A DNA stretch of 63,036 nucleotides, filler included, from Cercozoa sp. M6MM (Eukaryota > Protista > Endomyxa: Ascetosporea): the NCBI GenBank assembly GCA_040357565.1. It is 12 parts of 12 records of this genome, joined end to end, with 100 filler letters (N's around TTAATTAATTAA, not from the genome) between each part and the next. Parts side by side here need not be neighbours in the genome. Positions count along the whole stretch, not along the records: positions 52,255 to 53,985 come from JBDODJ010001940.1; positions 54,086 to 56,047 come from JBDODJ010001873.1; positions 56,148 to 58,702 come from JBDODJ010001743.1; positions 58,803 to 61,715 come from JBDODJ010001676.1; positions 61,816 to 63,036 come from JBDODJ010002107.1; 7 more parts are not named here. The stretch is one strand, 5' to 3'. Each line of letters opens with the position of its first letter. Position 1 is the stretch's first letter. The position numbers were made by a program, and so were the translations under genes. This document shows, piece after piece, positions 52,272 through 63,036 of the stretch. Below the pieces are notes generated by a model. That model made no database searches and was not told the origin of the DNA. It saw nothing but the letters and a program-made list of their open reading frames with translations.

Positions 52272-53972
52272 GAACGGCCTGCGTGCCGTGCTGAGTCACA
52301 ACAGTTTCCCGCCGCTCGGTTCCATGTCGGTACTTGCATCTAGAAAGGAGGTAAATGGGGAGGGGTATATTGAGGACATGTTGCGACAGGGCAAGGTGCG
52401 AGGCGAGCTGCGATACGAGCGTGATATGCAACTCACCTTCCCGTGGGACAAGGTAGCTACTTTACTCACCCCCCCCCCTATCTCCACAGATGCCGTACGT
52501 GCCGATCTCGGACCTGCACATGCCGTTTCGTGTGCGCATGGCAGCCTGCGAGGGCGTGTCGGCGGAATCGCTGCCGCTGATGCAGGGCGCCGTCGGCAGT
52601 CTGCGCGTCTATGTGCGCACCTTCCTGTGTATGCCTCCTTAACCCTACCTCCTGGATACCCACTTTACCTTCCTTACTCCTGAGTAGTCCACGGCGTGGA
52701 GCAGGTGCCGAATTCGGACATGCGAACACCGCTGGCCGAACTGAACTTCCAAACCATGTGGAACCGCTGGCTATCAAGTATACTCAGCTTTCATCCCTAC
52801 CCTTCTATCCCTACCCTTCTATCCCTACCCTTTCATCCCTACCCTTTAAACCCTGCCTACCCCCCCCCCCGGTAGCATCGGACGAGGAGAGTCCGGTGTA
52901 CCTGGACATGCTGCCACGTGGCACACGTGTCGCCGTGCTGCTCTACCTGGTCGATGACAACACCAAGATCAGCAAGAAGACCAAGGACATTCGCGGCCGG
53001 CTGCTGGCGTACTTACCCCCCCCCCCATATACCCCACATTTATCCCCCCACAAACAGCTTTGGCGTGCATCAACTCATCGATCGATACGGACACTTTACG
53101 CGAGGTGCTTTACCCTCTCCCCTTAACTTACCCCCTCCCGTTACCCCACTCCCATGTTACAGGCAAGCAGAGCATGCGACTGTGGCAGGCCAATTTGGTA
53201 GTTTTGCCCCTTCCTCCAACCCTTCCCCTTAACCCCTCTCGGCAGGACTTCCAGAACTGCGCCGACAACGACGACTTTGACTTTGTGTATCGTTTCACGA
53301 ACCGCGAGAACTGGGCGCGTCAGCAGCAGTCGGTGTGTATAAGCTTTACCCCCGCCCCCCCCCCCCCCCCTCGCCTCTCTAACCTCCATTCTGGTGTCAC
53401 AGGTGGCGACACTGCACTACGAATTCGACGAGTTCGCGCTGCCGGTGGTGTCGCCGATGTTCCCGTCGACGGCGGGCCGGCCGCCCAAGGGACCTGTGCC
53501 TGAGGAGCGACAGCCGACCACTGCCATGGTAGGGAGGTATACAGAGGGGAAACAAGAGGGGTATATGATTGCTGCTTGCACAGGAGAAGATCAAGCACAA
53601 GTTCGACGAGGTGATGGCTAAGGACCCGCTGAATCCTCTGAACGCCAAGGAGCGCGAGATGGTCTGGAAGTTCCGCCACTACCTGCAGGTAGCGCACACA
53701 CACACACACACACCTCCCCTCCTTACCTTTCTGAACAGCACGACCCGTCGGCACTGTGCAAGTTCCTACTGTGCGTGGACTGGGACTTCCCGTCGCACGT
53801 GGCCGAGGCGCACCGCATGCTGCGCGACTGGGCCAAACCAACGTCGCCGGTGCAGGCACTGGCCCTGCTGGATGTGCAGCACCATGACATTGTCGTGCGC
53901 GAGTACGCCGTGCGCCACCTGCGTACTCTCACCGATCACGAGCTGCAGCTCTACCTGCTGCAGCTCACGCAG
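52272..53972 (+). CDS. Phosphoinositide 3-kinase, C2 + helical (PIK) domains (fragment)
   Basis: LDMLPRGTRV, DPLNPLNAKEREMVWKFR, ALCKFLLCVDW, ALALLD....VVREYAVRHL..LTDHELQLYLLQLTQ. Confidence 0.88.
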
Positions 53973-54085
53973 GTGCCTTGTCCCCNNNNNNNNNNNNNNN
54001 NNNNNNNNNNNNNNNNNNNNNNNNNNNNNTTAATTAATTAANNNNNNNNNNNNNNNNNNNNNNNNNNNNNNNNNNNNNNNNNNNN

Positions 54086-54212
54086 TGCGCGAAATCGTCG
54101 ACAGCGGCGACTTTTCGATTGGTGCCTTTTGTTGTTTTTGTTGTTGTTTTGTTGTCTTTGTTTGTTGTTTTTCTTGTTGTTTTTTGTGCTTCTTCATTTT
54201 ATTTATTGTATT

Positions 54213-54250
<38 letters not shown>

Positions 54251-54259
54251 GCTGCTGCT

Positions 54260-54294
<35 letters not shown>

Positions 54295-55490
54295 TGTTGT
54301 TGTTGTTTCGGTTGATTGCTGTCTGTTGTAATTTGTTGTTTTTGTGGGTGTGCGCGAGGACAGAACGACTGCTGGACCCGGTGCAGACGGGCGTGTCGCT
54401 GATGTCGCCGCTGCTGCTGCCGTCTTGCGGCGGCTACGACGCGCGCGAGGTATACCCATTCCCTCCTTACCCCCCCCCCCCCCCCTACTACCCTACCCCC
54501 GTAGTCGCCGATGGTACGGTTCAACGGGACGGTGTTGCGCGTGTCGCACTCGGCGCAGTTGGCCTCGCTGGGCCGCTCGCTGCGACAGCGTTTTCTGCGT
54601 CGGCTGCGGCAGCAGCTGCCGTGCGTGGTGGGCGTGTCGGTGCGTTCTTACCCCCCTGTTTACCCCCCCCCCCCCTGGTAACTCCCTTGTTTACCCTAGG
54701 TGTGGCGCAATCACCACGTGGCGCTGTGCATCGACACAGATTTCGCCGTGATTTTCCAGATCGGTCGACTGTACTTTTCCGAGAGGTAGCGCACGTGCTC
54801 ACTGAGGGTCACGTGGTTGTTGTATAATTAAGGCACGTGCTCACTGGGATGTGTTCACTTGGGTGTGATCACTCACTTGGGTGTGGTCACTCTGTAGGAG
54901 TGTGCGCGACCTGGCGTGGCTGCTGAAACACCCCGACATTGCGAAAGTGTGCGCCGGCGTTCGTCACGCGCTGCAGACGCTCTCACATCCGCGCGGATTC
55001 CCGCTGATACCGGACGTTTCGCCCGATGGTGACAGTGTATGGTTGTCCCTCCCCCTATCCCCTTACACCTCTTATCCCCCCCCCCCCCCCAGTACGCACT
55101 GGGCTGGCGCGAAGTGCGGCAGCTGGTGCATTCGGAAGCGGCGGAAACAGCGCCGGTGCATGCCGTGTTGGACCAGCGTGTTTGTCTTCCTTAATTATTT
55201 TTAATTAAGGCTGCGTTTTTGTATAATTAAGGCTGCGTTTGTTGTATAGTTAAAGTTGCGTTTGTTTGTTGGTAGCACGTGCGATCGGCGTTCGATGTGG
55301 CGCGCGCTGCTTTTGGATTCGTTGCTTCCGAAAACGTTGTTTCGGTGGTGCGACGCGTGGATGGCAAGGTGCTTAGCCCCTACTCCCCCCCTTACTCCTA
55401 CCCCTATCCCCTTTACCCCTACCCCTCCCCCTTTACCCCTCCCCGCAGGACGTGTGGGACTCGCAGACTTGCGAAGAGATTGCGTAAATT

Positions 55491-55533
<43 letters not shown>

Positions 55534-55945
55534 TTATTAATTAAGGGGGGGGTCTGTGGGGTTTGATTAAGGGGATGTCTGTGGGGTTTGATTAAGGGGA
55601 TGTCTGTTTGTTTACTTAAGGGTGTGGGCACTGATGCCGCTGCTGTGTCACCGCACGATGCAGCAGCTGCACGAAATCGAGCGACACGACTCGCTGCAGT
55701 ACAACTTTCTGTCTTGGGGGGGGGGGGGGGAAAAAGGAGGGTAAACGGGGGGGAAAGAAGGTAGGAGGGGGGTAAGATGGGGGGTATAACTCAGGCCGGT
55801 CGCACTGACGTCGCAGCAGCAGGCGAAAAGTGTCGCCGACGCCGCCGCGTCGCTCGAATGTTCCGACTCGGAGTACCTAACAATGTCGTTCGTGCTGCAG
55901 CAGCTGCGTCATGACATCATGTCCGTCAAGGCACACCTTCTGGAG
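54086..55945 (+). CDS. Hypothetical protein (internal fragment)
   Basis: Series of GC3-rich exons bounded by GT-AG introns; the 3' exons splice in frame. Confidence 0.55.
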
Positions 55946-56168
55946 GTTTTACCCCCCTCTTTACATCCCTTTACCCCTCCTATTTACCCTCCTGTTTATC
56001 CCCCTTTACTCCTCCTAATTACCCTCCTGTTTACCCTCCAGAAAAAGNNNNNNNNNNNNNNNNNNNNNNNNNNNNNNNNNNNNNNNNNNNNTTAATTAAT
56101 TAANNNNNNNNNNNNNNNNNNNNNNNNNNNNNNNNNNNNNNNNNNNNCCCCCCCCCCCGTATGACAGG

Positions 56169-57157
56169 ACTTCTGCGAGTGCCTCGCAACAGCAGCGACT
56201 TCTACGCCGACATCGTCACAGTGGTCCCGGAACACGAACGGTACCCGTTGCCCCTCTTCCATTTACCTTCCCCCTGATTTACTCCTCCTAGTGACACACT
56301 CGAGGACGTCACTGATGTCGCTAAGCAGTCTCATGTTGGTGCCTTTTGATTCCTTACTCCTGACCCACTTTATCCCTCCCCTGGAGCAGTGCTACTGTAC
56401 CTGAGCGATGTCAAGTCGCGTGTTACGCTGGTGCCGCTGCTTGGAGAGGCTGCCAGTGTTACTGTGCCTCTGCCGAACCTGTGCGACGGCATTGGACAAG
56501 CTGTACGTTCCATGTGTATCGCCCATGTGCCGTCCATTTGTATTGTCTGTTTTAATAGTCGGTGAGTGCGCAACCCGAGGACAGCGAGTTCTTTGTGTCG
56601 TTTCACTCCTTCGCTGTGCCTTCTGTCATCTCGTACCTTGTTTCACCCCTTTACCCCCCCCCCCCCGACGCACTTTTCCTACAGACGAATCAAGCTGGAC
56701 GGTATGGGCATGTCGAGTCAACAGGTACAACATGCTCCTCCTTTCCTCGTGGTCCACGTGACAAGGTTTTCTTAGATCTATGAAGCCAACGTGAGTGGCG
56801 GCGCTGATCTGCGCAACTTTAAGGTCGAGCAAGTCTTTGTCCCAAGCAAGGGTACCCTCGTCATCCCTGCCATCTTCTTGCCTCTTACCCCTCCCCAGAT
56901 GGAACGCGTGTGCCTGCCTTTGTGGTGTCGCCGCGTGACCGAGACACCTCTGATGATGGCGAACGCCAGTCACTGCCGACGCTGCTGTACGGTTACGGCG
57001 GCTTTGACATCGTACCACTCGTGTCTAAGTGTCTAATATCACTGAGTCCCAGTGTCTCAAACAAGCTTGTTCTGCGTATAGTCACTGACACCGGCGTACA
57101 GTTTCACGGCGGCCACGTGGGTCGCTCGAGGTGGCCGCTATGTCGTTGCCAACTTGG
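56169..57157 (+). CDS. Prolyl oligopeptidase S9A (internal fragment)
   Basis: VEQVFVPSKDGTRVPAFVV, PTLLYGYGGFDISLTPAYS, GGRYVVANL. Confidence 0.88.
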
Positions 57158-57160
57158 TAA

Positions 57161-57238
<78 letters not shown>

Positions 57239-57625
57239 CCCGGACACAACATTGTACGTCGTCTGGGGGCCCTCGTGCTCACACCGGTGCGTCATTCCTA
57301 CTACGCCACCATCGGCGCCTTTCAGCCCGGCCCAGGGCCTGCTGTCATGGCAGGCGACTCCGACGTTAGTCGATCCGACTGCAAGAAAGCCGAGACTACG
57401 CAACTCGCTCTCGAGACTGATGTCGGTCAAGATGACAACGACACCACTGACACACCCTCCGATCGCGAGTCTCCGCCATCAGACCTTAACGACTCTCAAG
57501 CTGAGTCGGCACAATGACGGATAGTACTGGCCTGCACGACCAATTCGATGGCATACAGTCGCTTAGTTTCTGCAAAAACCTGCTGAGCCGGTACACGTAC
57601 GGTACGGTACGGCCATGTGCCGGTC

Positions 57626-57922
57626 TTACTGCGTCTTGTCGGAGGAGAAGTTGCGTGTCAGCGAAGCCGACATGACCTTGTCGATGATGGCCTGCGGCGT
57701 GCAGTCCTCGGTCTCGGTACTGTCACAAGACAAAACCACAATGTGACAACCACACGATGGGACAACCACACAATAGCAACACTGACTGAAAGCAGGGGCT
57801 ACGCAAAGATGTCGACAGTGTAGGGACGGAACAGTTCGGAGATGCGGCCACGCAGTGTGCCCACATAGGCTGCGCACACACATCAGGGTCATTTACTCTC
57901 ACACACAACACACACACAAACA

Positions 57923-57972
<50 letters not shown>

Positions 57973-57982
57973 NNNNNNNNNN

Positions 57983-58034
<52 letters not shown>

Positions 58035-58678
58035 ACAGAGGGCCAGTACCCTTGGTCAGCGGACGCACAGAGTCGGGCTGCCAGAACACGTGCGCAAACT
58101 TCACCTGCACACACACAAACACCAGTACAAACGGACCAGATAAACGGACAGTCCAAATGTACAGGCCAAATGGACAGTGTCAAAGTGGACAGGCGAGTGT
58201 ACCGTATCGTAGCCATCGACGACATCGACAACGCGCACGACGAGGAAGCGCACCTTCTGCTCCTCAAAGTACTGCATGAACTCGCCTTGGTTCACGTCCG
58301 ACTCGCCCGTCGCCAAGGCCGCCTGCAAGGAGGGGGGGGGGTAGAGGGGTAGGAGTAGGGGTACGGAGGCAAGGTACCAGAGTGTTCTTGGAGGCGTACT
58401 CGGCCACGAACCACTGTACAGGCGACTCGTCGTCATGCACTGCGGCCACACCGGCCTGGAACTCGGCCTCGTCGACGTACTTCAAAGCGGCGCCTCCAGA
58501 CGCACGACGCGGCACACCGATCGAACGCTTCACTGCCGGCTTCACCTGGGGGGGGGGGGGGGGTAAAGGGGATAAGGGATAGGGGAGGTAAACTACCGGA
58601 GTCTTGACCGGAGTGCCAGCAGAGGCCGAAGTCGAAACCGACGTCGTTGAAGCGCTCTTCTTGGTCGGTGTCGACTGG
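57626..58678 (-). CDS. Coactosin-like ADF-H domain protein (5' truncated)
   Basis: AVHDDESPVQWFVAEY, LATGE, RFLVVRVVDVVDG, VKFAHVFWQPDSVRPLTKG, IIDKVMSAS. Confidence 0.8.
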
Positions 58679-58853
58679 GAGGGGGGTAAATGGGGGGGGG
58701 GGNNNNNNNNNNNNNNNNNNNNNNNNNNNNNNNNNNNNNNNNNNNNTTAATTAATTAANNNNNNNNNNNNNNNNNNNNNNNNNNNNNNNNNNNNNNNNNN
58801 NNCCCCCCCCCCCCCCCCCCCCCCTCAAGCTTACCCCTGCCCCCCCCCCCCAG

Positions 58854-60200
58854 GTGTCGTTCTACGGAAGCGAGTGCGACGAGGACGTTCGCGGGCGTCA
58901 GTTCGTGTGCAAGTCGGGCGTGGGTGCCTCGGTGAAGGACTTCACCGACGAGATTCGGCACAAGTACGTGGGTGCGCAGGTGGCCAACTCAACCACGTGT
59001 GCCACGGAGGTGCGTGAACCGTCGTACGATGGTCACTTCATCCTGATCACCAAGCTGAGCACGGTGCCACGTGACCTGTCCTCCTACGCCGGTGACACCT
59101 CGGTGAGTGTCGAGTCGTTGCCTGGCCGCATGCGCAAGTACTACGAGTACAACGAGGTGGCACGCTTCGTCTACACCTACGTCAGCAAGGACAAGCAGGC
59201 CGCCGCCGAGCAGCGCCTCCTGCGTGCCGGACTCGAGTGCGACAATGAGTTCCAAAAACGCTGGGTCGACAAGGTCTTTGTCACCTCCGAGGGTACTCTT
59301 GGTCTATGGGGGAGGTTTAAGGGGCTGAGGGCATGGTAGGGGTAGAGGGGTAGAAGGGTAAAGCTACATGCCTTACTGCAGAGGCCTTCCCGTGCCTGCG
59401 ACGTCGCGTGCCAGTGCAGTCGCTCGAGGTGCAGACACTCAACCCGGTGCAGCACGCCGTGGCCACGCTGGAGGAGAAGGTCGCCGGTCTGCGACGAGAG
59501 ATGCGACGCACGCGCGAGAGTGCCGTCGGTCAGGACACTGTCGACTGCGGCCCTCTCTCCATGCAGCTCAATGGGTAGTCTATCCTACACTACCTACACC
59601 CCATCCTCCATCCCATCCTCCATCCCATCCTACCTCCATCTCATCCTACCTCCCCCTACCTCCATCCCATCCTCGAGCCTACCCCCCCCCCCCGCACCGT
59701 AGCATCGCCGATGCTGCCGTGTCGGGTGGCATTGCCAACTACCGCGCTGCCTTCTACGCCGCCGACGACACCGAGGCCAAGTCCTACTTTGATGTCTTCC
59801 CGGAGCAGCTGCCGGATCGCGCGCGACTCAACGAAACTCTCGTAGCCATGATGCAGGTGTGCCTCCCATCCCATGTGCTCTACTTTACCTCGGTGCTTTC
59901 TATATGCATTCCTTTCTGAAGGTGCTTGGCGAGGGTCTCGAGCTTTTTTCGGAGCTGTGTGACGAAGATTTGCGGCCACTTTGCGTATTTTCCTTCTTTT
60001 GTCAAATACAAAAATCTGAACCGACGTATTTTTGCTACAGGCGCATCTCGAAAGTGCGTCGGCCAAGCTGCGCCAAATGGTGTCCGAGATGAATTGCGCC
60101 GGCAACGAAGACAGCGAGAACTGAGGCGCCTGTCCCGCTTGTCTAACCGATTGTTTCAAAATTCTCCTAGTTCGCTATTTTGCCAACCCAACCTCAGGTA
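58854..60200 (+). CDS. DOCK-family GEF, DHR2 domain (5' truncated)
   Basis: VSFYG..QFV, YYEYNEVARFVY, EAFPCLRRR, LNPVQHAV, LSMQLNGIADAAVSGGIANYRAAF. Confidence 0.88.
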
Positions 60201-60439
60201 GCGCGTGTTTCTTTAAAAGCACAAGACTCGTCAGCACAGAGAACCAGCCAGGCACGGGGGACCAGGTGATCGTTTGGTGGTCAGATAAATTAAAACAAAC
60301 AACTACACTACAGTCCCAAATCGGCGCGCGAAGTAGCGTCTGGTAGTGCAAGGTATCTCAAGATTGATGCAGTGATATTTAAACTCCTCTAGGCACACCG
60401 TGTTTGTGACAAAATTATGTTATTTTGAAGGATTTTAGG

Positions 60440-61204
60440 ATGACGGCAGCAGAGGCGCTGTCGGCCAAGGCCAAGCGTTCCGATCGGCTTCGGAGTGCGA
60501 GGTGTGCCATTCCTACCAAGCACAGACCTTGACTCGAACAATGTCGGTGTTGTGCAGAGCATTGAAGAAACAGTCCGTGCTCGAGAAAAGGAAACAGCGA
60601 GCGCAACAGAAACGCGAACTGAACGAGAAGAAACGCGCAAAGCGTCGTCAACACAAGAAAACTTATCTGGTGTGTTGGTTTTGTGGTTACTTTTGCCTTT
60701 GTTGACGATGGAATGACAGGCTGCGGACGAAACGCTCGATCTCGTGGACGCACTGGCGTCGCGTCTGGAGGAGCGAAGTTCCGCCTCGCTGGTCCAGTCA
60801 AAGCAGCGAGTTGAGAACTGGGAAGCCACGGTACCTAAGTGTTGACTTCTGCCTTTTGTCGTGTTGAATCGCTTTGTTTCTACAGAGCGAGAAACGAGCT
60901 GAGCGAAAGAAGCAAAAGGAGGAACGACGCAAGCAAGCGCGAGAGAAGTTCGCAAAGGAGCACGATGAACAGAAACGCGAGAAAAAACGCACTGAGCGCA
61001 ACCGGCGCCAGCGACTCGCACAGAAGAAACACGCGGTACCATGGCTTTCAAAGGCTCCTGTGTTGCACTATGAGCAAAACACGGGCACAGGAAGAGGACG
61101 CCAAAAAAAAGAGCAAGGGCGTGCGTTTCTCAGAGCCTTCGTCCAAGTCTGACTCGGGCTCGGCGCCTGCGAAGAAGAAGCGCTCGGTGCGCTTTGCTTT
61201 ATAG
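60440..61204 (+). CDS. Basic nucleolar-type protein resembling 60S assembly factor Loc1
   Basis: K/R/E-rich helices, KTYL|AADETLDLVDAL and C-terminal KKKRSVRFAL resemble the fungal Loc1 layout (KKKVSFA tail). Confidence 0.5.
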
Positions 61205-61815
61205 GTCGCCACAAGACGTGTATTGATCACTTTGATCACTTTTCTTAATGAAATGATATCATCATGATGCGATGGAGTGTACTATACGATACATATCATT
61301 AACTCAGCTTTAATTCGCATCGATTGCGTTTGAGTTTAACGGCGACTGAAGTGGCCTCGTGCACCGCCCGTGCGAACAACTTAAAGTCGCGTGTTAGATT
61401 CGCATGACCGAACCGGAACGGACTGGGGCTTGACGCGAAGGCAAAATGCATGCGCAAAATACTGAACGAGACAGCGAAGAAAAACAGTGCGAACACTGTC
61501 AAAACCGATGGCAAGGTACCTTGCTCTAAACACGATAAATACGTAACCTACGCCAAGCCTAAAATGGCGCGCAACCAAGGTGTTCGGCTACCTACGCGAC
61601 TCGTGTATTCAGAGTACTAAACATGCGGGAGGAACTATCTACAGGAGATATGTGTTATCTTAATTGGCCATAAAACTAAAAACAGTATGTGTTGGGAGTG
61701 TCGGGGGGGGGGGGGNNNNNNNNNNNNNNNNNNNNNNNNNNNNNNNNNNNNNNNNNNNNTTAATTAATTAANNNNNNNNNNNNNNNNNNNNNNNNNNNNN
61801 NNNNNNNNNNNNNNN

Positions 61816-61863
<48 letters not shown>

Positions 61864-61884
61864 AAATTCACAGGACAATTCCGC

Positions 61885-62850
61885 AGGGGTGCAAGCCTTG
61901 CCTACCGTGCAGACAAACGGGACACCAGGCCATTGGCGACGGCAGCTTCACGCGAAGACGACAGACACTGCACCTGCAACAAGACACGAGCACACTGACC
62001 TTTGTTTTGAGACAGAAAAAAGGAAACACCTCAAGATAGCGTCGCCGCAGGCCGTGTTGACGCAGACATCGCTGTCATGAGGCAGCACTACACCCTCCCA
62101 CGATCTAGTGTACTAGGAAGAAGGGTGAAAGGCTGGCTACCCGAGTTGCAACGTCGGCACTTGAGAGTGACCTGCGGCACGTCGTGACACTCGTACGAAA
62201 GAGTCGCCTGCTCGGTGCTCTTGTCGCTGCCGAGGTCTGCGGTGACCGTCATTGGCAGGCCAGGCAGTCCCTGGTGCGTGCGGTACAGCAGGAGGTGCCA
62301 CGTGTCCCACACAGCACGTTGCGCGCACAGGTGACTCTCGTCCAGTCGATCACGTGCACTCTGCTCAAGGTGGTGTGTGTTGGTGGATGTACATTGGTGA
62401 ATGTACATTAGTGCCAACACTTTAGACCGGAGACACCTCGACAATCATGGCGATCCATTTCAGGCACAGTGAGGACGGTAGCGACACTCGATCTCCGCCT
62501 GCGCATGGGCCCCGGCATCAGAATACGAATGGACAAACGAGACAAGGTAAACCGACATAAGAGCACGCGCTCGGCAGAAGCAAAGTCGCGCAGGTGCTTG
62601 TCGTTGCTGCCGTCGCCGTCGTCGTTGCCAGTATCCATCGCAACAGCACTGGTGGCGCCACCGAGTTGAGTGCCGGCGCTGCTGGTACCGCTGGTGGCGG
62701 CGACAGCGCCTAGCGCATCGCTGCTGCTGACGGCCTCGAGTTCGACGCTGCCGCTGCTGCTTTTCATGTGACCCGAGGACTGCGGCACCTCCATACCAAA
62801 CAACACGGCCAGCACACCGGCGCACAGATGTCTACGCAACTCATCAAGTA
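61885..62850 (-). CDS. Hypothetical protein (internal fragment)
   Basis: GC3-rich exons bounded by GT-AG introns; no recognisable domain. Confidence 0.45.
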
Positions 62851-62987
62851 TATGCATATATATATATATGTATGATATACATTGTGTTATATATACAACC
62901 AAACATAATACAACTCAGGTCGCAGCGTGACAAAACGGCGCAGAAACACTGTTGCACTTGCTGCGTCCGCACACAGCACTCTGTCGG

Positions 62988-63036
<49 letters not shown>

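Overview
Eukaryotic (protist) nuclear DNA. About 12 short contigs are joined by artificial N44-TTAATTAATTAA-N44 linkers, so adjacency across linkers is not real synteny. The DNA is gene-dense and very intron-rich (exons often 30-80 nt, introns mostly 50-100 nt, GT-AG plus at least two GC-AG). The standard genetic code works for every conserved exon I spliced by hand. Recognisable products: LMBR1-like, CK1, SAM-tyrosine-kinase-like, mL43, DUF4504, RMND1/DUF155, VPS53, PXMP4, YqgF, meckelin, M20 peptidase, DUSP-USP, CDC20, eL40, Mpv17/PMP22, class C GPCR, HCF101-type Mrp, PI3K, prolyl oligopeptidase, coactosin-like, DOCK GEF and Loc1-like. This content suggests a ciliated/amoeboid heterotroph, possibly SAR/Rhizaria (inference). 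Most unusual observations: (1) short locally templated insertions copied from about 180 bp away, one forming the 5' half of an apparently new intron and one a 38-bp palindrome inside a surface-protein ORF; (2) a ~70-bp hairpin-forming dispersed element (5 copies) near gene 3' ends and next to orphan gene fragments; (3) a ubiquitin-free eL40 gene with ATG-only and stop-only flanking exons and a structured long intron; (4) gene-specific repeat 'dialects' in introns plus a widespread GGGGTA/TACCCC repeat that mimics 5' splice sites. All assignments come from manual motif recognition; no searches were run, and gene ends are approximate where stated.
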